Below, piece by piece: positions 10,694 through 21,307 of a DNA stretch of 64,000 nucleotides. Under the pieces are notes generated by a model, which searched no databases, had not been told where the DNA came from, and worked only from the letters and a program-made list of their open reading frames with translations. Position numbers and translations under genes: made by a program. Every line of letters starts with the position of its first letter. The stretch's first letter is position 1. Source of the DNA: Candidatus Hermodarchaeota archaeon (lineage in GTDB: Archaea; Asgardarchaeota; Lokiarchaeia; Sigyniarchaeales; SOKP01); assembly GCA_048885535.1 (NCBI GenBank), contig JBHLLO010000007.1:1-64000 (forward strand), given 5' to 3'.

Positions 10694-10864
10694 TATATAT
10701 AACCATATATCATTTTAATTATACATTATTTAATCTAAAAATTTTTATATTTTTCTTTTCGAATTTATTGTCAAATATAGTAATAAAGAACCCTTCTTTT
10801 AAAAATTAAATACAATAAGAACCAATCACTAATTATTCTAAAAAAATAATTAAGTGAAAAAATT

Positions 10865-12121
10865 TTGCAAAAAGTAGCAATAATAGGGATAGGGATTACT
10901 CCTTTTAGAGCAAGATATTTGGATAAAACATATTTTGAGCTTGCTTATGATGCAACAAAGCTGGCTATTGAAGATGCAAATAAGAACGGAGCAGAAATAA
11001 CTCATAAAGATCTTCAATCTACTGTGTATGGCATATACAATGAACTATTTGAGCGTCAATTTATGCCAGATATCTTCACTAACAGTTATCTAGGAATGAA
11101 TAATAAACCTGGTACCAGAGTAGCAACAGGTGGAGCAACAGGAGGATATACTGTTCGAATAGCATTTGCAGAAGTAGCATCTGGATTGAGCGATTTATGC
11201 CTATGCATAGGACTTGAGAAATGCAATGACTGTTATGACGAACAGACGGGTACTACTACTCCTGAAGTTTTGAATGCCATTGCCTATTCAGCTGACATGA
11301 CTTATGAATATCCGATGGGCATGATGGCAGCAAGCTCTTATGTATCGATGGTAAATGCACATTATGAAGAATTCGGAAATCCAACTGAAGAACAAATGGC
11401 ATATGTCAGTGTTAAAAATCATGGTAATGCTATGTTAAATCCAAAAGCTCAATCTCCTATGGAAATAACAGTAGAAGATGTACTCTATTCAAGAATTATA
11501 TGTTATCCTTTCAAAATGTTAGATTGTTGTCTTTATTCAGAAGCTTCAGCCGCATTAATATTAGCAAGCGAAGATAAAGTTAAAGAACTCAAGATAGAAA
11601 ACCCAATTTGGATTACTGGAGTAGCTGCTGCAAATACTGACTGTTTCATTGGTAATCGGGAGGATATGGGTAGATTATATTCAAATATATATGCTGCAAA
11701 AGCAGCATACAAAATGGCTGGTTTAGATTATAACAATATAAAGAAACAAATTGATTGCGCTGAGCTTCATGATGCCTTTTCAGGACAAGAAGTCATCTCA
11801 TATGAAGAGCTTGGATTTGTTCCCTTTGGAGAGGGTGGACCTTGGATTGAAAAAACTTTTGAACACCCAGGAGAGGGTCCTTGGCTAGAGGGGGAACTTC
11901 CTTGTTGTCCCTCAGGAGGTTTAATAGGATGTGGACATGCGGTCGGTGCTACTGGTATTATGAGTACGGGGGAAGCAGCTCTTCAGCTAAGAGGCGAAGC
12001 TGGTAAACACCAGGTTACTATTGAAAAGGGAAGATCCATAGCCCATTCAATAGGTGGTCCCGGAGCAGCATACGCTGCGGTTATTGTAATGTCAAATCAG
12101 GAGGGGTTGAAAACATCATGA
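10865..12121 (+). CDS. SCP2-type thiolase-fold protein
   Basis: KVAIIGIG, VKNHGNA..NPKAQ, AELHDAF and PSGGLIGCGHAVGATG. Confidence 0.9.
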   Translation: MQKVAIIGIGITPFRARYLDKTYFELAYDATKLAIEDANKNGAEITHKDLQSTVYGIYNELFERQFMPDIFTNSYLGMNNKPGTRVATGGATGGYTVRIAFAEVASGLSDLCLCIGLEKCNDCYDEQTGTTTPEVLNAIAYSADMTYEYPMGMMAASSYVSMVNAHYEEFGNPTEEQMAYVSVKNHGNAMLNPKAQSPMEITVEDVLYSRIICYPFKMLDCCLYSEASAALILASEDKVKELKIENPIWITGVAAANTDCFIGNREDMGRLYSNIYAAKAAYKMAGLDYNNIKKQIDCAELHDAFSGQEVISYEELGFVPFGEGGPWIEKTFEHPGEGPWLEGELPCCPSGGLIGCGHAVGATGIMSTGEAALQLRGEAGKHQVTIEKGRSIAHSIGGPGAAYAAVIVMSNQEGLKTS

Positions 12122-12612
12122 TTGGAGAATTTCAAGATCATCAAATCCGAGATCTTATTAAGATTGATTATAAATACACAATGGGAGGTCAGTCTCGATT
12201 TTTTATTGAACTAATGAACAATAAGAAGTTATTGGGCACAAAATGTACTAATTGTGGTAAAACGTGGATGCCTCCTAGGATTAACTGTTCTGATTGCTAT
12301 AACCCAGCACATTGGGTGGAATTAAAACAAACTGGAACAATAGAGGTTAGTACCATAGTCTGGTATACTACTTCAGCTTTTATCAAAGCGATACCTTATG
12401 GTATAGGATTTATAAAGCTTGACGGTGCAGAAACTGCTTTACTTCAGGGTATTTTTTCTGAAAATTTAGTTCCATCCAAAATAAGAAAGGGAAAAAGGGT
12501 TAAAGCTGTTTTTAGCAAGGAAAGAGAGGGTAAAATGACTGATTTTTTCTTTGTACCTGAGGATGAATATGAGAATTGGATATCAAAACCAGAGTATGAA
12601 GGAGGAAAGTGA
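12118..12612 (+). CDS. DUF35 Zn-ribbon/OB-fold acyl-CoA-binding protein
   Basis: CTNCGKTWMPPRINCSDC plus OB fold; ATGA overlap with the thiolase gene. Confidence 0.9.
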   Translation: MIGEFQDHQIRDLIKIDYKYTMGGQSRFFIELMNNKKLLGTKCTNCGKTWMPPRINCSDCYNPAHWVELKQTGTIEVSTIVWYTTSAFIKAIPYGIGFIKLDGAETALLQGIFSENLVPSKIRKGKRVKAVFSKEREGKMTDFFFVPEDEYENWISKPEYEGGK

Positions 12613-12986
12613 TTATGGAACAAGCAAAAGATTATTTGAATAAGATTATAGAAAAATTGAACACGATTCCAAAAGCACAAGATGTTTTCGTAACAAATGT
12701 TTCAGGAAAAGATGTAGATTGGGAAATGTCATTTCAATTCAATCTTGATAATCAAACTCCTTTCTTTATCGAAATCAAAAATCGAAAAATTGAATTATTT
12801 AATGGTACAAAATCCGATGCACTTGTCTTAATGTCTGGAGATCCCTCAGCCATAGTGAGAATTTGCGAAGGAAAAGGAGATTTTACTCATGCTATTTCCC
12901 GAGAACAAATTACAGTTGAAAAAGGTAAGGTCATGGATGTAATCCGTCTAACAAGAGCCATAACGATAGTATTAAAGACAAAATAA
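12609..12986 (+). CDS. SCP2 sterol/lipid-binding domain protein
   Basis: 'FQFNL...FFIEIKN....G...D..V.MSGD...I..G..D...A.....I.V.KG' SCP2 pattern. Confidence 0.75.
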   Translation: MIMEQAKDYLNKIIEKLNTIPKAQDVFVTNVSGKDVDWEMSFQFNLDNQTPFFIEIKNRKIELFNGTKSDALVLMSGDPSAIVRICEGKGDFTHAISREQITVEKGKVMDVIRLTRAITIVLKTK

Positions 12987-13154
12987 GCCTTTTATTTTAC
13001 TGTATTTTTAATTCTTTACGCAATTTAAAATAAAAATTGAAAAAATATTTATATTCAAATACTTTAATCAATCAAAAATCAACTTTTAAAAATAAAAAGA
13101 GCAAAATAATAAATGAACAAAAAAAATGAATTAGAACTAAAGAAGTGAATGTAA

Positions 13155-14852
13155 ATGAGCAGTGAGAAATTTTGGTTAAAGTCATATGATAAACATGTAC
13201 CCCCCACTTTAACGTACCCTAACAAAGATCTAGGAACTATTTTGACAGAAACTATGACCACATTTGCAGACAGAATTGGATTTCATTTTATGGATCGTTC
13301 TTTTACTTTCTCTGAAATTTTAGAGCATTCCCAGAAGTTTGCAACATTTCTACAAAAAAATGGTTTACGAAAGGGTGAGGTTGTTGCAATATGCCTTCCA
13401 AATACGCCTCAATTTTTATTTGCAGCTTATGGAACCTATATAGCAGGTGGAACTGTATCTGGATGTTCACCTCTCTTAAGCGCTGAAGAGATGGCTTACC
13501 AACTTGGAGATTGTAATGCTAAATTCGCGGTTACTATGGACATTATTTACGAAAAGGTTTTTTCTAAATTTTTGAATAGAGTACCAAATTTGCAGGTAAT
13601 TGTTCCTACAAATGTTTCTGAATTTATGGGATTTTCTGGATTTAAAGTGTTTATGGGTAAACTCTTTAAGAAGATACCTAAAGGAAAGATGGATCCGTGG
13701 CCAGGGAAAACGGTAGTCCCATTCTTAGAAGCCATAGATATTGAAATTGATGTACAAAAATTCAATATTGATCCTAAAAATGATTTAGCTTTAATTCAAT
13801 ATACTGGAGGAACAACAGGTCTACCTAAAGGAACTGAAATAGTCCATGCTAATTTGGTTTCAAACATGCATCAATTTGACACTTGGCTTAATAGAGAAAA
13901 AGGAAAAGAAATAACTTTATCAGCATTTCCATTCTTTCATATTGCTGGATACTTTATAGGATTATTTTTGAATTATATCGGGGGAACGCTGATTTTAATC
14001 GCAAATCCAAGAGACACTGACCATATTATTGAAGAAATTATTGATAAGAAGCCTACTAGTTTTGGGAATGTACCAACACTGTTTTTAATGGTACAAAAAA
14101 ATCCAAAGTCAAAAGATATTCCACCCGAAGTATTAGATAATATCACATTATATGTTAGTGGTGCTGCACCATTTCCGCCTGAAGCTATAAGAGAATTTGA
14201 GAAGCAATTTCATTCTGAAAACAAATTTGTAGAAGTATATGGGATGACTGAAACAGCAGTGTTAGCCACTGTAAATCCAATGTATGGAGAGAAGAAGATA
14301 GGATCTGTTGGATTACCTTTACCAGATACAGATATCAAACTTATTGACGTAGAAACCGGTGAAGAAGTAGGTATTGGAACACCAGGTGAAATCATAATCA
14401 AAGGTCCTCAGGTTACAAAAAGATATCACAATAAACCTGAGGCGACAGAAAAAACTTATGATAAAGATGGATATGTTCATACTGGAGATGTTGGAGTTTT
14501 CGATGAAGATGGCTATCTAAAAATCGTAGATCGTACAAAGGATATGCTAATAGTTAGTGGTTTTAAAGTATACAGTGTTCATGTTGAAGAAGTTATGACT
14601 AAACATCCTGATATAGCAATCCTAGCAATCATTGGAATACCCAACCCTGATCGCCCAGGGGCTGAAATTGTAAAAGCAGTTATTCAGTTAAAGGAAGGTG
14701 TAAATGCAACTGAAGAAGTAAAAGAAAGTATTAAGAAGTATGCTGAGGAAAACTTATCAAAATATGAAGTTCCAAAGATATGGGAATTCCGAGAAGAATT
14801 ACCTCTTACTACAGTAGGAAAAGTTTTGAAAAGAGCATTGCGTGAAGAATAA
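13155..14852 (+). CDS. Long-chain fatty acid-CoA ligase
   Basis: QYTGGTTGLPKG, YGMTET, HTGDVG, DRTKDMLIVSGFKVY and LPLTTVGKVL. Confidence 0.92.
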   Translation: MSSEKFWLKSYDKHVPPTLTYPNKDLGTILTETMTTFADRIGFHFMDRSFTFSEILEHSQKFATFLQKNGLRKGEVVAICLPNTPQFLFAAYGTYIAGGTVSGCSPLLSAEEMAYQLGDCNAKFAVTMDIIYEKVFSKFLNRVPNLQVIVPTNVSEFMGFSGFKVFMGKLFKKIPKGKMDPWPGKTVVPFLEAIDIEIDVQKFNIDPKNDLALIQYTGGTTGLPKGTEIVHANLVSNMHQFDTWLNREKGKEITLSAFPFFHIAGYFIGLFLNYIGGTLILIANPRDTDHIIEEIIDKKPTSFGNVPTLFLMVQKNPKSKDIPPEVLDNITLYVSGAAPFPPEAIREFEKQFHSENKFVEVYGMTETAVLATVNPMYGEKKIGSVGLPLPDTDIKLIDVETGEEVGIGTPGEIIIKGPQVTKRYHNKPEATEKTYDKDGYVHTGDVGVFDEDGYLKIVDRTKDMLIVSGFKVYSVHVEEVMTKHPDIAILAIIGIPNPDRPGAEIVKAVIQLKEGVNATEEVKESIKKYAEENLSKYEVPKIWEFREELPLTTVGKVLKRALREE

Positions 14853-14962
14853 AAGATAATTTTAATTTTAATTTTTTTATTAATTTTCTCAGAATTAATT
14901 TAAAAACATATAAAAATTGGAATATATTTCTTTTTCTAAAAGTTTTATTTTAATCTTAAAAA

Positions 14963-15778
14963 ATGAAAATTGAAGACATTGAAGATATAATTTATGAAAA
15001 AGAAAAAAATGGAATTTGTACAGCAACTATTTCCAGACCTGAGAGAAGAAATGCAGTTTCTCCCATATCATTCTTAGAACTATACACAATTTTAGAAGAT
15101 ATGGAAAGAGATGCAAATACGAAAGTTTTAATCATTACAGGAGACCCAAAAGGGAGAGCGTTCACTTCTGGAGGTTTCTTCAAACCTGAAATGTTTGAAG
15201 AAATTAAAAAGTATCCAGAAATCGATATCATGGACATTGCGCAAAAAAAATTATGTATGAAACTCTGGGACTTCAATAAACCAGTTATAGTCGCAATTAA
15301 TGGCATGGCTATTGGAGGAGGTATTACTATGCCACTCTCAGGAGCTGATCTGATTTATATGTCTGAAGATGCTTGGCTTGGATTCTATTTTGTAAAAAGA
15401 GGAATAATTCCCGAATTTGCTAACTCATTTATATTACCATTTTACTTAGGTTTCCAAAAAGCTAAAGAAATCATCTATTTTGGAGATAAAATAACAGCTC
15501 AACAAGCACTTGAATTAGGTTTAGTTAATAAAGTATTACCTCCTAATAAATTAATTCCTTATGCAAAAGAACAAGCACTAAAATTGATCCCTCCTAATGG
15601 TCCATACTTATCAATAAAGTTAATGAAAAAAACCATGCATAATTATTTCAGATCAATACTTTCGGATACTCTAGATTTGGAAAATAAAGCACTAAGAAAA
15701 ACTTTCAGATCAAAAGATTTTAATGAATCGATACTAGCACTTAAAGAAAAAAGAACTCCCACTTTTATTGGGAAGTAG
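14963..15778 (+). CDS. Enoyl-CoA hydratase/isomerase family
   Basis: ISRPERRNA, KPVIVAINGMAIGGG and ALELGLVNKV. Confidence 0.9.
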   Translation: MKIEDIEDIIYEKEKNGICTATISRPERRNAVSPISFLELYTILEDMERDANTKVLIITGDPKGRAFTSGGFFKPEMFEEIKKYPEIDIMDIAQKKLCMKLWDFNKPVIVAINGMAIGGGITMPLSGADLIYMSEDAWLGFYFVKRGIIPEFANSFILPFYLGFQKAKEIIYFGDKITAQQALELGLVNKVLPPNKLIPYAKEQALKLIPPNGPYLSIKLMKKTMHNYFRSILSDTLDLENKALRKTFRSKDFNESILALKEKRTPTFIGK

Positions 15779-15883
15779 TTTAAAACGAAAATTTTTTTTA
15801 ATTAATCCTAAAACCAAATCCTAAAATGTCAAAATCAGATTTAAATCTATAATTTTAAATGTTATCGAATAGAATGATCTTTA

Positions 15884-17437
15884 ATGATAAATAGTAATTA
15901 TGATGAAAATAGAGTTCTTTCTACATATCCCGTTATTGTTATTGGCGCTGGACTTGGTGGACTTGGTGCTGCATGTCAATTGGTATTAAGAGGTGAAAAA
16001 GTTTTATTACTTGAGAAGCATAACGTTCCAGGAGGTTTTGCAACCTCTTTCGTTAGAGGGCGATTCGAATTTGAAGGAGCACTTCATGAAATCAGTGAAA
16101 TTGGAACAGAAGATAATAAGGGCAGCCTTTATCGCTTTTTAGAAAGATTAGGAATCGTTCCAGATAGATTGAACTTCAAACAAGTACCTGAGTTTTATCG
16201 AAGCGTTTATCTCGACGGATTTGATGTGATTATGCCTTTGGGCGCAGATAAATATACTGAAAAGCTAATAGAACTCTTTCCTTCTGAAAAAAAAGGTATA
16301 GAAGAATTTATGGAGATGTCTGAAGCTGTTTTAAAAGGAATTGAGTATTTGGCCTCAAAGGGGGGCAAATTCACGCCTCAAGAAATTCTCAAAGAACACC
16401 CCTGGCTACCACGCGTTTCAGGTATTACCTTATCTGAATTATATTCTAAATTCTTTACTGATAAAAAATTAATGTCGTTAATATCGCAGCTCTGGGGCTA
16501 CATTGGAATACCCCCTGATCGGATAAATGCATATGCATTCGTTGCTATGCTAATATTCTTTTTAAAATGGGGTGCCGCATATCCTTTAGGAAGGTCCCAT
16601 TCATTAGTTAATGCAATGGTAGAAGCTTTTGAGAAATTTGGCGGAGAAATAAGATATAATGCTTTAGTGAATAGAATATTAGTAGAAAATAGTAGAGTTT
16701 TTGGTGTAGAATTAATTAATGGAGATATTTACAAATGTAAAGCAGTGATTTCTAATGTTAATCCAATATGTACTACAATGAAAATGCTACCCCCTGAAGT
16801 AGTCCCTAACGATTATAAAAAAAAAATCTATTCTCCAGAAATTGGACCTTCAGGTTTCTCTGTTTATCTTGGATTAAACGCGCCTTATCAGGATTTAGGC
16901 TTTACTGCTCATGAAACTTTTATCAATGAAAATTATAACATGAATAAAGCTTTTGAAACATTTCATAAGCTAGAAGCACCAAAATATCTTGTAGCAGCAT
17001 GCTATAATCGTATTTATGAAGATATCTCCCCACCAGGGACTACAGAGTTAGTGTTGACAACTCTACAAATGGGGAAAATGTGGCAAAATGTACCCCCTGA
17101 CCAATATTTTTACATTAAAGATGAAATTGCTAATAGCATGATATCTTTAGTTGAAAATACAATATGTCCAGAGATTCGAGAATATATAGAAGTCGCTATT
17201 GCCGCAACTCCATTAACATATTATCGATATTCTAAAAACATTGAAGGAGCAATTTATGGAACAACTCAAGATGTTATCAATGGACCATTATTTAGATTAA
17301 AAAGTAGGGGTGCAATTCCTGGACTTTATCAGGTTGGTGCTTGGACTAACTTTGGTGGAGGTTTTTCTACTTGTATTCTTAGTGGTCGAATTGCTTCCGG
17401 TCTTTATTTAAAAGATAAAATTGAGGGGAGATGGTAA
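15884..17437 (+). CDS. FAD-dependent oxidoreductase, phytoene dehydrogenase / retinol saturase family
   Basis: VIVIGAGLGGL, LLEKHNVPGGFATSFVRGRFEFE, ATPLTYYRY...GAIYG and GLYQVG. Confidence 0.88.
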   Translation: MINSNYDENRVLSTYPVIVIGAGLGGLGAACQLVLRGEKVLLLEKHNVPGGFATSFVRGRFEFEGALHEISEIGTEDNKGSLYRFLERLGIVPDRLNFKQVPEFYRSVYLDGFDVIMPLGADKYTEKLIELFPSEKKGIEEFMEMSEAVLKGIEYLASKGGKFTPQEILKEHPWLPRVSGITLSELYSKFFTDKKLMSLISQLWGYIGIPPDRINAYAFVAMLIFFLKWGAAYPLGRSHSLVNAMVEAFEKFGGEIRYNALVNRILVENSRVFGVELINGDIYKCKAVISNVNPICTTMKMLPPEVVPNDYKKKIYSPEIGPSGFSVYLGLNAPYQDLGFTAHETFINENYNMNKAFETFHKLEAPKYLVAACYNRIYEDISPPGTTELVLTTLQMGKMWQNVPPDQYFYIKDEIANSMISLVENTICPEIREYIEVAIAATPLTYYRYSKNIEGAIYGTTQDVINGPLFRLKSRGAIPGLYQVGAWTNFGGGFSTCILSGRIASGLYLKDKIEGRW

Positions 17438-18627
17438 ACATGATGGAAGATATAAAGAAGTATCAAAAAGCTGAAAAGCTAAAAAAAATACGTGAAGAAA
17501 TTCAATCTATACCCTGGTATTATGATGGCTTAGAAAGCTTGTGTGATAGAATACATCCTGGAACTCAACTTTTAAAAATAACGGATATAAATAAACTTTC
17601 TCATGATACCAAACTATTTCGCTTTATTTCAGCAAGACCGAAAAAGGCTTTAGCACCATTTCGAGCTGGTCAATATATAGGACTTACTGTAGAAATTGAT
17701 GGTGTTAGGACATCACGTCCATATTCATTAGCGTCCTCACCTAATCAACTTGCTTATTATGAATTAGGTATTAGAAAGAAGGAAGGAGGCTTTGTAAGCC
17801 CTTATTTATTTAATCATGCGAAAGTAGGAGATATATTTGAAGCAACAGAACCCTTAGGAAATTTATTTTATAATCCTCTTTTTCATGGTGAAAATCTTGT
17901 ATTTATTGCTGGAGGATGTGGGATAACACCATTTATCTCAATGTTAAGAGAAATTTCTGAGAAAGTCTTAACTTTAAATGTCTCATTAATTTACGGTTGC
18001 TTAACTGAAAAAGACATATTATTTAGAGATGAATTGGAAGATATACAAAAGAGAAGATCAAATATTAGCGTAAAGTATATTTTATCAGAACCAGAATCAG
18101 ATTGGAATGGAGAATGTGGCTTTATTACTAAAGATAAAATATTAAATGAAATAGGCTCAGTTAAAAATAAATATTTCTATGTAGTGGGAAATCTTCCAAT
18201 GTATGAGTTTATTAAAGAGGAAATGAAAGTATTAGGAGTTCCCGAGCATAGGGTCTATTATGAGGCTTTTGGAGTTCCAGAGGATATAACACAGATTATG
18301 GGATGGCCAAATGAAATTGAAACCTCAAAAAATATTAAAATTAAAATTGACTACAGAAAAGCAAGTGGTAAGGAGAGTATCGAAATTTCTGCTTCTTGCG
18401 TAGAACCACTTCTAAATAGCATAGAACGTGCAAAAATAACACATATCAATATTGAGAACGGATGTCGTTCAGGTGAGTGTGCCTTATGTAGAACAAAATT
18501 GCTATCTGGTAAAATCTTTGTACCTCCTAGCGTTACTATTCGTGAAGTTGATAAAAACTTTGGTTTTATCCATCCTTGTATTTCTTATCCTTTAACAGAT
18601 ATCCATCTAGATTTAACCTTAACCTAA
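17431..18627 (+). CDS. FNR-type flavin reductase with a C-terminal 2Fe-2S ferredoxin (KshB/PaaE/Hcr architecture)
   Basis: FRAGQY, RPYSLAS, GGFVS and AGGCGITPF; CRSGECALC...C; overlaps the upstream gene. Confidence 0.88.
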   Translation: MVNMMEDIKKYQKAEKLKKIREEIQSIPWYYDGLESLCDRIHPGTQLLKITDINKLSHDTKLFRFISARPKKALAPFRAGQYIGLTVEIDGVRTSRPYSLASSPNQLAYYELGIRKKEGGFVSPYLFNHAKVGDIFEATEPLGNLFYNPLFHGENLVFIAGGCGITPFISMLREISEKVLTLNVSLIYGCLTEKDILFRDELEDIQKRRSNISVKYILSEPESDWNGECGFITKDKILNEIGSVKNKYFYVVGNLPMYEFIKEEMKVLGVPEHRVYYEAFGVPEDITQIMGWPNEIETSKNIKIKIDYRKASGKESIEISASCVEPLLNSIERAKITHINIENGCRSGECALCRTKLLSGKIFVPPSVTIREVDKNFGFIHPCISYPLTDIHLDLTLT

Positions 18628-18704
18628 ACCTTTTTGAAAAACACTATAAAATATTAAATATTTAAAATACAAAATAAAAAATTATTATTTTTAGGGAGAT
18701 ATGA

Positions 18705-19106
18705 ATGAAAATCTTAACAAAAGAATGGTTAGATGCTTTTGGAAAAGCTATTAACGAAAATCCTGCATATAAAGAAGCAGCATCTTGGTGGGAAGGTGAT
18801 ATGCTTTGTGTAATTGAACCTAGTGGTCCATTAGATCATGAAGTCCGATTTTTTCTTGGACTTTATCATGGAGAATGCACAGGTGTGAAGTTATTGGAGG
18901 AAGGTGAAGAGGTTGAAGTAGAATTTACTCTCTCTGGACCATATGATAATTGGGTATTGATTGCCAAAAAGGAATTAGACACAATTCAAGGTGTAATGTC
19001 TGGGAAATTAAGACTTGTAGGGAATATGGCAAAATTAATGCGAGCTACTAGAGCTGCTCAAGAAATTGTAAATAGCTTACAAAACGTCGAAACAGAATTT
19101 TTATAA
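18705..19106 (+). CDS. SCP2 sterol/lipid-binding domain protein
   Basis: EW...F..AIN.NP.Y..AA..WEGD and GVMSGKLRLVGNMAKLMR. Confidence 0.85.
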   Translation: MKILTKEWLDAFGKAINENPAYKEAASWWEGDMLCVIEPSGPLDHEVRFFLGLYHGECTGVKLLEEGEEVEVEFTLSGPYDNWVLIAKKELDTIQGVMSGKLRLVGNMAKLMRATRAAQEIVNSLQNVETEFL

Positions 19107-19178
19107 TCCAAAACCTAAGATTTATCTCTTTTTTAAATTTATAAAGATTTTATAATAATACAGAAGTGATTTATAGAA

Positions 19179-20378
19179 ATGTGGTACTTTTTTAGTCCAG
19201 ATATAATTTATGGAGAGGACGCATTAGATTTTTTAGAAAATATCACGGGAAATAGATGTTACATCGTAACAGATAAAGTTATTAAAGAATTAGGATATCT
19301 AAAGATTTTAACAGATAAATTAAAAAAGTTAGGAAAATCATTTGAGATTTTTAATGAAGTACAACCAGATCCAAGAGAAGAACTTGTATTAAAAGTTAAA
19401 CATTTATGTAACTCTTATGCACCCGACCTAATTATTGCTCTAGGAGGAGGGTCTGTTATTGACACAGCAAAGGTTATTTGGGCAATGTATGAATATCCTC
19501 AATATGGAATAGACGATCTTCATATCTTTAACAAAGATCTCTACGATTTGGGGAAAAAAGCTAAATTTATTGCTATTCCTACTACATCTGGAACTGGAGC
19601 TGATGTTACTTATGACGCTATTATTTCAAGATATAATGATGGAGTATGGCAAAAATTGATACAAGCCCATAGAGGATTAGTCCCCTCATACGCTATATTA
19701 GATCCTATTTTCCCTATAGGAATGCCTCCTAGTTTAACATTGGATACAGGTATGGATATAGTAGCACACGCTATAGAAAGTATGATAGCAAATGGGAAAA
19801 ATGAATTTAGCAATGCTCTAGCTACTAAAGCAATTGAGTTAAGCTTTAAATATTTACCTATTGCTTACAAAGATGGAAAAAATAAGGAAGCAAGAGATTA
19901 TTTACATCAGGCAGCTACAATGGCAGGATTAGCATTTGGTAATGCAAATTTGCACATTGGACATACCACAGGACATTGTCTTGGAGCTGTTTTTACCCTG
20001 CCTCATGGAAAATGTGCTGGAATTATGCTAAAATATGCAACACAATATTGTATGAATAATCCAAATAAAGATGATAAAACAATTCAAATCTATTCAAAAA
20101 TGGCAAAACAATTAGGTTGGGCTAAGTGGGAGGACAATGATACAACAGCAGCTAATTCTGTTATTGAAAAACTAAAAGAATTGCCCAGAGAAATAGGATT
20201 TCCAGAAAAAATTCAAGATTTAGGTATTTCAAAAGAAGATTTAGATAAAAATCTTGAAACATTAGTCAATTTATGCTTTCAGGATGCCAGTGGCTCAATG
20301 AGTCCAAGATTACCGTCTAAAGCAGATTTCGAAAACATTTACAGATATGCATTTGAAGGAAAAGATATCGACTTTTAA
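19179..20378 (+). CDS. Iron-containing alcohol dehydrogenase
   Basis: ALGGGSVIDTAK, IPTTSGTG, D..AHAIE and H...H.LG....PHG. Confidence 0.92.
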   Translation: MWYFFSPDIIYGEDALDFLENITGNRCYIVTDKVIKELGYLKILTDKLKKLGKSFEIFNEVQPDPREELVLKVKHLCNSYAPDLIIALGGGSVIDTAKVIWAMYEYPQYGIDDLHIFNKDLYDLGKKAKFIAIPTTSGTGADVTYDAIISRYNDGVWQKLIQAHRGLVPSYAILDPIFPIGMPPSLTLDTGMDIVAHAIESMIANGKNEFSNALATKAIELSFKYLPIAYKDGKNKEARDYLHQAATMAGLAFGNANLHIGHTTGHCLGAVFTLPHGKCAGIMLKYATQYCMNNPNKDDKTIQIYSKMAKQLGWAKWEDNDTTAANSVIEKLKELPREIGFPEKIQDLGISKEDLDKNLETLVNLCFQDASGSMSPRLPSKADFENIYRYAFEGKDIDF

Positions 20379-20409
20379 ACCAGAAGAATAAAAAAAGGAA
20401 AATTAAAAA

Positions 20410-21234
20410 TTATTTCCATTTCCATTTTGGTTTTATTTTTTGTAATCTTGCTAAAGCTCCAGAAACAGCATCTTTAGTTTGGAGTAATTGAGAGCTTACT
20501 AAAGTCTCCAATTCTAATCCAAAAGAAGTATCCTTACCATAACAATCATCAATTAACTTTTTACCCAGACCAACTGCGAGTGGAGCACTACTTATAAGCT
20601 CATCAGTATACATCTTGATTATTGAATCTAATTCCTGATGAGTTTTAGCAACACGATTTACAACTCCTAGTCTATAAGCCTCATTTCCATCAAATCTACG
20701 GCCAGTTAGGGCTATATCTTTAGCATTTGGAATTCCAACCAGACGTACCAGCCTTATACAACCCCCCACATCAGGCGTCATACCGATTTTTGTTTCTAGC
20801 ATATGAAACTGGGCTGATTCAGTGCAGAATCGAAAGTCACATGCCAGAGCGAGCTCAAATGCCATTCCAAAACAATAACCATTGATTTTAGCGATTACTG
20901 GTTTTTCTATCTTTTCAATTTTTGTGAAAATTGGTTGTATCCAAGTATTAGCGAAATATCTGAAATTTCGAGGAATGCGTAAATCGGGAATCACACCCTC
21001 CGGATCTTTTTCTTGTCCTGTTAGAAAGTTCAAATCAATACCAGAGCTAAAGATTTCATCTCCCCCAGTAATGATGACAACCCTTGTATCTGTACGTTCC
21101 ACCTTATCTATAGCTTTGAGAAGTCCAAACATTATTTCGTGATTCATTGCATTCTTTTTAGCAAGTCGATTCATTTTAATTGTGGTTATGGTTTTATCCT
21201 CATTTTCTTCTATTAAAATAACATCTTCATTCAC
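20410..21234 (-). CDS. Enoyl-CoA hydratase/isomerase family
   Basis: FSSGIDL, KPVIAKINGYCFG, ELALACDFR and ETKIGMTPD. Confidence 0.9.
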   Translation of the reverse strand: MNEDVILIEENEDKTITTIKMNRLAKKNAMNHEIMFGLLKAIDKVERTDTRVVIITGGDEIFSSGIDLNFLTGQEKDPEGVIPDLRIPRNFRYFANTWIQPIFTKIEKIEKPVIAKINGYCFGMAFELALACDFRFCTESAQFHMLETKIGMTPDVGGCIRLVRLVGIPNAKDIALTGRRFDGNEAYRLGVVNRVAKTHQELDSIIKMYTDELISSAPLAVGLGKKLIDDCYGKDTSFGLELETLVSSQLLQTKDAVSGALARLQKIKPKWKWK

Positions 21235-21307
21235 ATTAAATCAATTCCAGATTTTTATTATTTTTAAATTTATAAATAAGATAAAAAAAATAGAAATTAA
21301 TCTTTTA

